Translations under genes and position numbers: made by a program | Notes under the pieces: generated by a model | What the model was told of the DNA's origin: nothing | The model's database searches: none | The model's input: the letters and a program-made list of their open reading frames with translations, nothing else | In this document: piece by piece, positions 25,801 to 35,360 of the stretch | How the letters are laid out: every line of letters starts with the position of its first letter | Position numbering within the stretch: the first letter of the stretch is position 1 | Assembly (NCBI GenBank): GCA_977030845.1 | Contig: OZ365118.1 | Span: forward strand, 20,398,001 to 20,462,000 | From: Fimbriosthenelais zetlandica | Lineage: Eukaryota | Reading direction: 5' to 3' | Length of the DNA stretch: 64,000 nt

Positions 25801-28800
25801 ATACAGTGATGGCCCAGCGCTGTGTGGTCTGTGAGGCACCGAGACGATCCAATATGCCAACCATGTTCCCCGATGACCAGGTCCTGCTCATCCCGACCCC
25901 GCCCTCCTCCACCTCCCGGAACCACAATAGGATGGTTGATAACAACTCATCCATAACGGGCGTTAGATTACGTGAGGTTCTGCCCTCCTCCAGGGATCAG
26001 GACAGCCGCTCATCATGGCCCAGTGCTCAGACAAGTCGAGGGAGCGCCACACAGACAGACGCACCTCCACCACCAGCGGATAACAAAGATAAGACAAGCT
26101 GGAACTGTCATAACTGTTCATACGCCTGTAACTCAGCCTCAGCTAAACAATGTGATGTTTGTGATTACCCTAGACTGAGAACCCAGGCAGATAAATCAGG
26201 TAGTAACCCCCCCTCATCATCATCATCATCAGCTGAGAAGGTGACCAACGGTCCTAAAACCCGGCCTCGATCAGTCATTGAATCAGTGTCCAGTAGTTTA
26301 CGTCAAGTGAAGGGACAGAAGGGGACGTGGGGGTGCCCCAGGTGTACCCTGCTCAACAAGGAGAGCGCCATTATCTGTGGAGCATGCGGCTGTAGGAACC
26401 CTAACACCCGCGCCACTGATGAGACTACATGGGTGTGTAGTCGATGTACACTGAGAAACGCTGCTAATGCTGAAACATGCCAAGCTTGTCATTCAGGTAA
26501 AGATGGTATATTACCTACCACCTTACCTAGTCCTACCTCCACTACCCCGTCCCCTACCACCACCACCACTACCCCCACCACCACCAACAACCATCCCCCC
26601 ACCACCACCACAACCCACCTGGCCAAGGTGGGCAATAAATGGTTATGTGATAAATGTACATACGCCAATAACCCTGACGATCCTGACTGTATGATGTGTG
26701 ATAATCCGCGACCCCCCGGCACGGTGCCTAATGGTAAGGGGCCGTCCTCCCCAGCCCCCACCCCTGGAGGCAGTCCAGTCACTGGAGGAGATATAGCAGG
26801 GTTTACTCCCCCTAAAAAACAGCTGCTTCAGCGTCAAACCACCATCTGTATGGAGGATCTACGGAAGAAGGAGGAAACCGAAGCCAGAGAGCAATGGGAC
26901 CAAATCATATCATTCTGTAGAGTAGTAAGTCTTTATATCTTTCTACTTGACCGATGGCTCCCCAAGGGCCGAACATAAGCCACTGAACTCTCTACTGTCT
27001 CTACTAAGTTAGGGGTTATTCTCAATATCCATAGCGGCATAATACTTTACTTTATATTGCCTCCAGCCTTCAGGCCCATTAGTACCACACATAAAAGACA
27101 TCCTGCTTGCCTTATATCTCAGTAACAAATGTTTCCTCCCAGTTATAATAATGATCATACTCTTTCTCCCACAGAATAAGGAGCCATTTGTAGACGACTC
27201 CTTCCCACCGACGCCCAAGTCTTTATATTTTGATCCGAGTCGAGCGAAGCACCGTGTGACTCAGTGGTTACGTCCTAACGAGATCCGGACGGCCCACGGG
27301 GAGGGACGTATACGGTGGCAGGTCTTCCGTACACCCTTCCCATCAGACATCTCACAGGGGGTCCTCGGCAACTGCTGGTAAGATTAGAGAAAAGGCTTAG
27401 GGCCCTGCTTGAGTAGAATTAGATTTTGGACAGTGTTCATTATTTCCCTTATCAAAATATTAAGGGGAGTGACATTGGGAAACACTGGATTCTATTCATA
27501 TGTTCTTCCCATGATAAATGTAATAGTATTTATCCATTATTTCTATGATAAATTAATAGTATTTATCCATTATGTCTATGATAAATATAATAGTATTTAT
27601 CCATTATTTCTATGATAAATGTAATAGTATTTATCCATTATTTCCATGATAAATGTAATAGTATTTATCCATTATTTATATGATAGATGTAAATCCATTG
27701 TTGCCATGATGCTAATAATTTTGATCTATTCGTCCCTAGGTTCCTCAGTGCTCTAGCTGTGATAGCAGAGAGACCTGAGTTGGTAGAGAGAGTAATGGTC
27801 ACTCGTCAGTACTGTCCAGAAGGTGCGTACCAGGTACGACTGTGTAAGGACGGCAAGTGGACCACAGTGCTGGTAGATGACCTGCTACCATGTGATGCTA
27901 ACGGTCATCTCGTCTACTCACAGGTCAGTACTGACCAGCTCAGTCCATATAGTATGGACAGGCTCAGCTGGTAGACTTTCCAGGTTCAAATTCCTCAAGC
28001 TTTCTCAAAATTTGCCATCTTCCTTCTTCAATTATTAAATGCCAGCCGTACCTCCAATTCTTTGTGGTGAGAGGCTTGTAAAAGCCAACTATCTCCCTAT
28101 GTCTAGCTCTAAGATGAAAGGCATCTACAAGATCAATTCACTGGGTTCAAACCCCAAAGCTGGTGTCTCTTAATGACTTGAGTCACTGGTGCTTTGAATT
28201 CAGAACTTTATCGAGGATGTTAAACTTTATTGTGCTTTCTAATACAGGCTAAGCGGAGACAGCTGTGGGTACCACTGATAGAGAAGGCTCTAGCCAAGCT
28301 TCATGGCTGTTACCAGGCTCTCATTGCTGGACGGTGTATAGAGGGGCTAGCTACCCTCACCGGCGCGCCGTGTGAGAGCATCCCGCTACAACGTACGTAT
28401 ACATATAGTCTAAAATCAATTTATTATTTTCACTAATTTATTTCATCATCCAGAACGACTGGCGAATTTCGCCAAAACTCCAGGCCATGTTCAGTGGTCC
28501 TGCGACTTGTGGCTCACTCTGCATTATATGTATGAATACGTTAATGAAATAATGCTGTCTTCTTACAGCCTCAGGACCGAATCCTCGCCCTGAAGATATC
28601 GACCCTGATCTTATCTGGGCCCAGTTACTCAGCTCCCGAGAATCAAGGTAAACCAACCAATATTAAATATTACCCTGAAACACTGCCACTAATCAAGACC
28701 ACTTCAGGGATCATCTCAGTAATATTCTTGAACGAAAAAGGGAAAAGAAAACTGAAATATTTACAAGCAAAATATTCCCGAAACCATCCTTATCAATCAA

Positions 28801-31785
28801 AGTATAAATTTCATTACCTTTAGAAACATTTTTCTTTCCTTTTCAAATGTTTTTAACCGTCTGTAATTCAATACTGGGTTGATGAATCGAGTTAGTGAGA
28901 TGAAATGGATGATTCCTCAGGGAGCAGGGAGGAAGAGGAGTCCCGTAACTTAATTTCTCACCTCTTTTATCTCTGCCTCCCTCACCACTACTCCCACCAT
29001 CAGCTTCTTATTACCCAGGGGAAACACGGGAAAATCAGACAGGGAAAACAGGGGGAAACCAGACAGGGAAAACAGGGGAAAATCAGATGTTTTTTTTTAA
29101 TGTTATTCTTGTATCGTTACAGGTTTTTGATGGGAGCGTCATGTGGAGGGGGGAATATGAAGATAGATGATACAGAGTATGAGAAGAAGGGACTACGGCC
29201 GCGACATGCCTACTCCATCCTGGACGTACGAGACGTAGCTGGAGCCAGGTATGTCTTACTCTATATCATTCACTTACTACTCCTACATATCTCACTAGAT
29301 AAGCACTCCTCCTCCTTTTTAAATATCTAAACTGAAATGATTAAACCTATTGTTTGAATGGAGAATTTCAGTACAGTCCAATATAAAAACTCTTCTAAAG
29401 TAACATTTCTTTTATCATATGCCTTGCCTTTTATTCATTTCACAAAGAACTGTTACACATCTTAATACAGTATTTAGATGAGTTACCACTTCTGTTTGTC
29501 CATTTGCCAGGTTGGTGAGGCTGAGGAACCCGTGGGGTCACTTCTCGTGGAAGGGTGACTGGTCGGACCACTCCCCCTTGTGGGGGAATATAGAGGCAGG
29601 TGTGAGGGAGCAGCTCATGGTGCACGGAGCTACAGAAGGCGTCTTCTGGATGTCTCTACAAGACATTATGACGTGAGTTACTCTCAAATAAAGACAAAAA
29701 TACAAGTATTAAACACCCAAAGACATCCCATTAGACATAGCTCACCTTACAACTCTTATACTCTCATATCAAATGTACATGAGAAGAGACAGGGACTATA
29801 TCATATAGGGTCTCTGGTAGAGCTAGATCTAAGAGTAACTCGCCATTTGCTCACTGATTAAGACTTGCTCAAGTATTATTTGTATTCTAATATGTTTGTT
29901 TGAACTGAAATCAGCTGTTACTCCAGTCCTGTAATGGAAACAAGTTAGTCTAATCCCTGCAAACCTTCCTATGTAACTGATCTAACACTTTATGGCACAC
30001 TTACTCTGTCAGTAACACCCTGTATATTGCTATTTCACAGGTATTTTGACGCTATAGACATCTGTAAGTACCGTCCTGACTGGATGGAGACACGTCTGGA
30101 TGGTGTCCTCCCGTTCCCGGGTTGTACTCAGCTGCGGGTGGCTAAACTGACCGTCTTTAGTCATACCGAGGTCGAGCTCGGCCTATTCCAGTCCGGCGCC
30201 AGGTAAATATATTATACAATCAGCCCGCCAATACCTGTAAAGAACAACAGACATAAAGAAATTAATGATATATATTAAATATTATAAATTATTCATCGAA
30301 GTCGTCCAAAAAATTCAATCAAGATTTTAATATATTATATTATCTTGTAAAATTAGACTTCTTTGTTTCATTTGAGTCTTAATTTCAGTTTACACGCGGG
30401 TTTAACATTAAACCTCGAGTATAATAAAGTAACTCATGTTTAATGTCACATTTACAGGGGTCAGGAGTTATCCCGTGGACCAGTAGACCTGTGTATTCTC
30501 GTACTGAGAGCGTTAGACCTGACTACCCGGGTAGTGGGCCGCCTAGTGACACACAGTAAGAGACAGGTCCGCAGCTTCGTGGATTGTAGCATCATGCTAG
30601 AACCGGGCGAGTACACGGTGGTCTGTGTGGCCTTCAACCACTGGTCAGAAGGTACAAATCTACTCATTTCAATCTCCTTTTAATATATGATCTGCTCACG
30701 AGAGCTGATGGAGTTAAACTAAATGGTTTACAAGGACTAACCAATAATACAAGCATCTAGCCATATCAAATCATCAAAAAATCTAGCCTTATGAGCAGTC
30801 TGATCATTTTTCTCATGAATTAATAGCATATGTTGGTTAATAAGTAATAATGTGTTTTGTTTTCAGGCCAGCCACCTCTTCACTACGTCCTGTCAGTACA
30901 CAGCTCTAAGGCCCTTATTGTTGACCCTGTCAAAGGTCCAAATTATATCCTGGCGGACGCCATCATCCAACTGGCCTTAGCTAAAGGCAACAGGCACGAG
31001 GTCAGTCATATACTAACATACTCAAGTCTGGGTAAAGTCTGGTTATAAAACCAGTAACATTTCTGTTGAATGAATGATAAGATGTTCTTTAGGGAAATAT
31101 CAACATGGAGTAGTTGTTAATACTTTATAAATCTATCTTGGGTAGATATTACTTTACTTTATAGCCAATAGCCATGTTAAACACTTATTGAATGTTGTTA
31201 ATTGTGATAGTATGATAGTTAACCTTGTATGTTTAATTGATTACAGGGTAGGGAGGGAATGACCACGTATTACCTGACCCACGGTTGGGCAGGTCTTATA
31301 GTAGTGGTGGAGAACCGTCTACCTGACTACAGCATCCATGTACAGTGTGACTGTACTGAGAGCTTTAATGTCGTCTCTACAAGGAGTGCTCTCAAAACAG
31401 TGGATGCCATCCCTCCCCTACACAGGTCCGTATCTTAAAGCTTATGTGTTGTACCTCCTGTGAATATATAGATTAAAAAAAAAGAAAAAAAAAAGATCAT
31501 TGAGACAGATAATGCTCTTTAAGTCTATGATTTTGGATAATTTTGAACTGTAAACCTTGTCTCTAACATAGTGTTATGTATCAATAATTGTGATTATTAT
31601 TTTTCAGACAAGTTGTGATTGTGTTGTCGCAGTTGGAGGGTAGTGGTGGATACTCTATAGGACATCGTTTGGTTCACCGGGTTTATTCGTCTAGCGGTGG
31701 TCTAGGTGACTGGGCTCCTGGTTCATCTCATGTACCGTACCTGTCTACAGACGTACAGGGTCTACATTCACCTAGACCGTTATGA
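10891..31785 (+). CDS. CAPN15: Calpain-15 / small optic lobes (SOL) calpain, full gene, 13 coding exons, 4386 nt CDS, 1461 aa
   Basis: Exons 10891-11156, 24551-26924, 27175-27377, 27740-27923, 28248-28392, 28569-28647, 29123-29248, 29511-29672, 30041-30202, 30458-30651, 30867-31000, 31247-31425, 31608-31785. All GT-AG with matching phases. N-terminus [20 protein letters not shown] resembles Drosophila Sol. 7 RanBP2 zinc fingers, CysPc domain ([19 protein letters not shown]) and C-terminal SOL-homology domain. Confidence 0.95.
14901..15030. repeat. Composite 30/20-bp tandem repeat
   Basis: Units TGAGAGTGGTGGCTGGGTGACATGTTTCAG (30 bp) and TGAGAGGTGACATGTTTCAG (20 bp) in the order 30-20-20-30-30. 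Confidence 0.9.
15146..15686. repeat. 15-bp minisatellite (GTATATCTGTGTTGA)n, about 36 copies
   Basis: Directly visible; variant units recur periodically. Confidence 0.98.
16791..16810. repeat. (CA)10 microsatellite
   Basis: Directly visible. Confidence 0.95.
19598..19654. repeat. 21-bp tandem repeat GATGCATCATGGCAGTAATAA, about 2.7 copies
   Basis: Directly visible, 1 substitution. Confidence 0.9.
19857..19931. repeat. About 37-bp tandem duplication (GTCGAATAGACCATGTCACA...)
   Basis: Two adjacent near-identical copies. Confidence 0.85.
21722..22052. repeat. 24-bp C-rich minisatellite (CAGCAACCTCCCCCTCCCCCAGCC)n, about 14 copies
   Basis: Directly visible; the unit has no stop codon in the frames shown, which explains four spurious ORFs. 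Confidence 0.97.
22121..22209. repeat. 40-bp tandem duplication plus partial copy
   Basis: CCCCACCCATCCACCTCCCCACCAAGGTCCTACCACTATA at 22121-22160 and a near-identical copy at 22161-22200. Confidence 0.9.
22773..22844. repeat. (CT)n microsatellite within a pyrimidine-rich tract
   Basis: About 36 CT units with one interruption. Confidence 0.97.
24551..26924 (+). CDS. CAPN15: CAPN15 exon 2 (2374 nt; low-complexity linkers and six RanBP2 zinc fingers)
   Basis: Acceptor TTTCAG at 24550; W-x-C-x2-C...C-x2-C fingers start at 25299, 25773, 26100, 26328, 26430, 26640; donor GTA|GTAAGT, phase 0. Confidence 0.93.
27175..27377 (+). CDS. CAPN15: CAPN15 exon 3 (catalytic Cys, TGC 27373-27375)
   Basis: [12 protein letters not shown]...WLRP...[11 protein letters not shown]; donor TG|GTAAGA, phase 2. 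Confidence 0.95.
27511..27691. repeat. 34-bp AT-rich minisatellite, about 5.3 copies, in CAPN15 intron 3
   Basis: Unit ATGATAAATGTAATAGTATTTATCCATTATTTCT. Confidence 0.95.
27740..27923 (+). CDS. CAPN15: CAPN15 exon 4
   Basis: [15 protein letters not shown]...[24 protein letters not shown]...YSQ; donor CAG|GTCAGT. Confidence 0.95.
28248..28392 (+). CDS. CAPN15: CAPN15 exon 5
   Basis: [43 protein letters not shown]; donor C|GTACGT, phase 1. Confidence 0.95.
28569..28647 (+). CDS. CAPN15: CAPN15 exon 6
   Basis: [27 protein letters not shown]; acceptor CTTACAG, donor AG|GTAAAC. Confidence 0.92.
29016..29088. repeat. About 24-bp purine-rich tandem repeat, about 3 copies
   Basis: AGGGAAAACAGGGGAAAATCAGAC-like units in CAPN15 intron 6. 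Confidence 0.8.
29123..29248 (+). CDS. CAPN15: CAPN15 exon 7 (catalytic His, CAT 29205-29207)
   Basis: [13 protein letters not shown]...[16 protein letters not shown]; donor AG|GTATGT. Confidence 0.95.
29511..29672 (+). CDS. CAPN15: CAPN15 exon 8 (catalytic Asn, AAC 29527-29529)
   Basis: [19 protein letters not shown]...[11 protein letters not shown]; donor AC|GTGAGT. Confidence 0.95.
30041..30202 (+). CDS. CAPN15: CAPN15 exon 9
   Basis: [21 protein letters not shown]...TEVELGLFQ; donor AG|GTAAAT. Confidence 0.93.
30458..30651 (+). CDS. CAPN15: CAPN15 exon 10 (SOL-homology domain)
   Basis: [11 protein letters not shown]...[31 protein letters not shown]; donor G|GTACAA, phase 1. Confidence 0.92.
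30867..31000 (+). CDS. CAPN15: CAPN15 exon 11
   Basis: [14 protein letters not shown]...[17 protein letters not shown]; donor GAG|GTCAGT. Confidence 0.93.
31247..31425 (+). CDS. CAPN15: CAPN15 exon 12
   Basis: [24 protein letters not shown]...[22 protein letters not shown]; donor AG|GTCCGT. Confidence 0.93.
31608..31785 (+). CDS. CAPN15: CAPN15 exon 13 (terminal coding exon)
   Basis: [24 protein letters not shown]...[11 protein letters not shown] 31783-31785; typical SOL-calpain C-terminus. Confidence 0.93.
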
Positions 31786-31840
31786 AACCACCCAACTCTA
31801 GACCACCTAGACCGTTATGAAACCACCCAACTCTAGACCA
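31769..31840. repeat. Perfect 35-bp tandem duplication spanning the CAPN15 stop codon
   Basis: CACCTAGACCGTTATGAAACCACCCAACTCTAGAC at 31769-31803 and 31804-31838. Confidence 0.97.
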
Positions 31841-34319
31841 TCCCCATTAATCCATGTTTTAACCATTTTATCCGCATCTATCATATATATACATTTTGAA
31901 GCATTGCATTTGAGGATTTATGCTTCCTTGGTTTTAGAATTGAAGTCATGATATACAACTTGATATATACTCAGTGGAGATTTATAAAGAGAGCAGATAC
32001 ATTCTTGGAATACTGTCAAATCAGATCTGATCATTGTTTAATTTTACAAACAAATAATGATTGGTCTGCATTCATATCGGTTGTGTTTTGAGCACCAGTC
32101 TCATGTTCTCAATTTCGTTGTGATTCGTTTTCCATTCTAGGTGATATATTTTTCATGTTTCTGTGTTTTATGCATAGAAAACATATAGGTTGTTGGTGGT
32201 TAAATACCAACCTGAAATTAGTTTATATGGAAAATGTGGCCATGAGATTACTTATGTTTATAATTGTGGAGAGAACTGACTGCACCCGTCAGCAAACACT
32301 GAAGGGAGTGAACAAAGCCATAATATTATATTTTGGTTTCATTTGATTCCCCGGAGCCTTGTGTTTGCTAAACTTTGCATGCAACTTATATTCTTGTGGT
32401 TTCGAGTATTTTATTTTACTCTAAATTAAAATGAAGTAATGGAAAGAGGTGAAAACATTCTGTATGCATAATACATGAGTTAATATGATTAAGCGTACAT
32501 GATTTGTGTCATTTTCACCTTCTCTCATGCCCAATATTCACATATTTTAGCTGTTTATTAGAGAAAAACTAATACTCCACAAGTCAAGGCAGCTTCATAA
32601 CCCATGTTACCATGGAAACATGTCATCACAGTGAGATACATAGGGAAATAAAACCATTCTTGGCCTTGTTAGACATTTGTATTGTTGGGAGGGCCTAAAA
32701 TATATCTGTGCGGGGAAGGGTGACAATTGGAGATACATTCTGTATATCTTTAACATTTCTTGAAATCTAACATCAATGTACAGTGCATAAGACTAATATT
32801 CGGATATGGTAAGACATCAAGAGCATGGGAACTAGTGCTGAACCATGTCATAGCATGAATCTGCATGAAATAAAATTCCCCGAGAGCAAAAGCAGAGACT
32901 AGATACAGGGTCAATAGTCAGACATTTTTATAAGCAATGAATGAAAGGGCGGGTTGTGAAGACAGAGGATGCAAACGTCTTGCTGATCTAGGGTTTGGGT
33001 TGCAAGTTGTTGTAACTAGTTGCAAGTGCCAAGGAATGATTTCTAGTAAAGGACAGAGCCAAATTATGGACTCTGAGAAGTGATCAGGTAAACGTGACTG
33101 AAGGAAAGACAAGTGGTTGAGAGATGTCCCTGCAGATAACCAGTAAATCAAGGTATAACCAAGGGTATTAGAGTAAAGTCTAGGTTATTTTTACCGGGGA
33201 GGAGGAGGGTGTAGTATTGTCTATTTTCATCACTCTTGTGATCATCACATATAATACATGTTTAGTGTTGTGGACATTGATTCTGTTCTAAACTTGATGG
33301 CTGTGCTCTTGTGAATGAATCTGTCTTGGTTCTGTTTTTATCTCCTGTAATGATATCTATATTATTATTATGAGAGGGACCATCTCGAGATTGACTCTGG
33401 TCAGCTTAGGCTTCTTTCTGATGGACTTGAGCATCATAGCTGGCTAAAACTTGATATAAGTAATGACCTAAAGTATGCCCAACAATATAAATGGCAAACT
33501 TACAGCAAAATACTAACAACTTGTACTGGTACATGGTGTTCTATACCTGTACAAGCAGGCCTGAATGATTATATGCCACTTTAGTTTAAACTGTCTGCCA
33601 GTTTTGTGGTAATTCCTTGTCTTTTATTTTGTATACAAAATGGAAGCAATAATTTCTGCTACGTTTAACATTTCGTTCAGCCATTATAAGATTGCAATGT
33701 TCACTTTTTAGAAAGTTAAATTTTGAGGAGGGTATAAGAGGTATATTCCATCTTTTTACTTGAACTTATTCCAGTTTATCAGCTTAAAAGTGAAGAGATT
33801 GCGTTCGTTTGTTTCAGGCTTTTCCTGTGGATGCTATTATATCTTATTATCTGTATGCTGTTTGTATATTTGGTTGTGAATCTTCACTCAAAAGCTACTA
33901 AGTGATTTGTTTTAAATCTCATATTCTTGCTCAGGCATCTGATAAAAATGGCAGGTTTGTAAACAGGAATCAAAGCCTTCATGTGGTCGTGGGCATCATT
34001 CATGCCCAATGTCCTAAAGCAAATGGTGGATCTAGCCTTCTTCATCACTATTGTATCATATACTGGTATTTGTAATAAAAACTGTGATACGTATTGTTCG
34101 CAAATCATCGCTTTCACTTCTTTATTTAGTAAAATGGGATTAGATGGCAAACAAAGTCAAATGTCTTCATGGAAATCAATCAAGGATAGTACCGGTATAC
34201 GATCCTTGATTCAATCTTCACATGGGAAAATCCTCATAAAAATCCTAAGTAATAACTTTATTACATCTAAATATTCATAGAGTGAAAACTCATGAAGAAT
34301 TCACTATTATATAACAACT

Positions 34320-34565
34320 CATGTGGGGAGAAATGACGTAAAGGATTGGCTTTATTGAGGATTGCTCCGGTCTGCCCCCGCGCGGAGTTACAGGGAACCC
34401 GTTACAGCTACCCGTTACACCGCCATTTTCACCGCCCTCAACTTTCACCATTTCCGTCACTTCCGTCAAAATGTAATGGAGGACTTGTGTTTACAAATAT
34501 TCCCTCAACAAAAAAGACAACCGCGGCCTTGACAAGGCACTCAACCGCCCAGTCCGACCAGGAAG
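34320..34565 (+). promoter_or_regulatory. ATG13: ATG13 promoter and probable non-coding first exon
   Basis: CpG-rich patch with TGACGTAA 34334-34341, ATTGG 34345-34349, CCGCCATTTT (YY1-like) 34420-34429 and ACTTCCG (ETS-like) 34459-34465. Candidate donor AAG|GTATGA at 34565/34566 and acceptor TTTAG at 35186, just upstream of the ATG. Confidence 0.55.
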
Positions 34566-35207
34566 GTATGATTGGTCGTCCATGGAATCGATAAACTGTA
34601 TTTGTGGGGAAAATGTGAGGATTTATGAGAGGATTTTGATAAGATCGCAATAAGCATTGTGTGACGTGTTTTCATGCTCCCGTCCATGTCGCGGCCAGAC
34701 GGTTGGGATGAAACTCAACATAAACAACATATTTTACAGCCGTCATCCATTCCCTGAACACAGGTCGGGTATTTAATGGCTCCTTTTGCTGTTATAACAT
34801 TGAAACTGTTTAAGGAGAACTATTGGAATGCTGGCAGCCCGTTCTGAGCGAGGCGGAGACAGTGTCAGTTAGGATTTGATTCATTCCATTTGGTAGGCCT
34901 ACCTCATAGTACCTGCCTACCCCTACTTTCAGTTTGAATTAGGTCAGAAGTTCAACTAGTTGATGAACCTACGGCTGGCTTAAGGTGGGTACACCCATTT
35001 AATGTTTACAACATATGTATTCATTCATTAATTAGGCCTAAGACTTTTAAGGGGTATATTATTTTTAAAATAATTTCTTAGTGGTATTAACTTCCTATAT
35101 AATTCCCAACCCATGAAACCTTTCCATCATAGCATCCTATGCCATGGAGGAAATATTTGCTAATGACGATTTTCTTGTCCATTTAGATTATCGAAGTAGT
35201 TCAGAAG

Positions 35208-35360
35208 ATGGCCGCCCCACGTTTGAGCGCGCAGGACAAGAAAGACCTGGACAAATTCACCAAATACCTGGTTTACAAATGTATCCAGGTGATAGTGCAG
35301 TCCAGGCTGGGTGAGAAAGTCAAGACTCAATCAAAAGCTTTCTCTTCTGGATCAGACTGG
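35208..35360 (+). CDS. ATG13: ATG13 coding exon 1
   Basis: Kozak AAGATGG; MAAPRLSAQDKKDLDKF...GSDW; donor TGG|GTGAGT. Confidence 0.95.

Noticed and set aside
24497-26837. Antisense and off-frame ORFs overlapping CAPN15 exon 2
   Set aside because: Expected shadows of a long GC-rich coding exon; no independent features.
27980-28170. GGTTCAAA B-box-like motifs in CAPN15 intron 4 as tRNA or SINE
   Set aside because: No A box at the proper spacing and no cloverleaf; too degenerate to call.
33884-34280. ORFs upstream of ATG13 as a HARBI1-like head-to-head partner
   Set aside because: No resemblance to Harbinger transposase motifs I can recall; other frames are full of stops; no splice structure.
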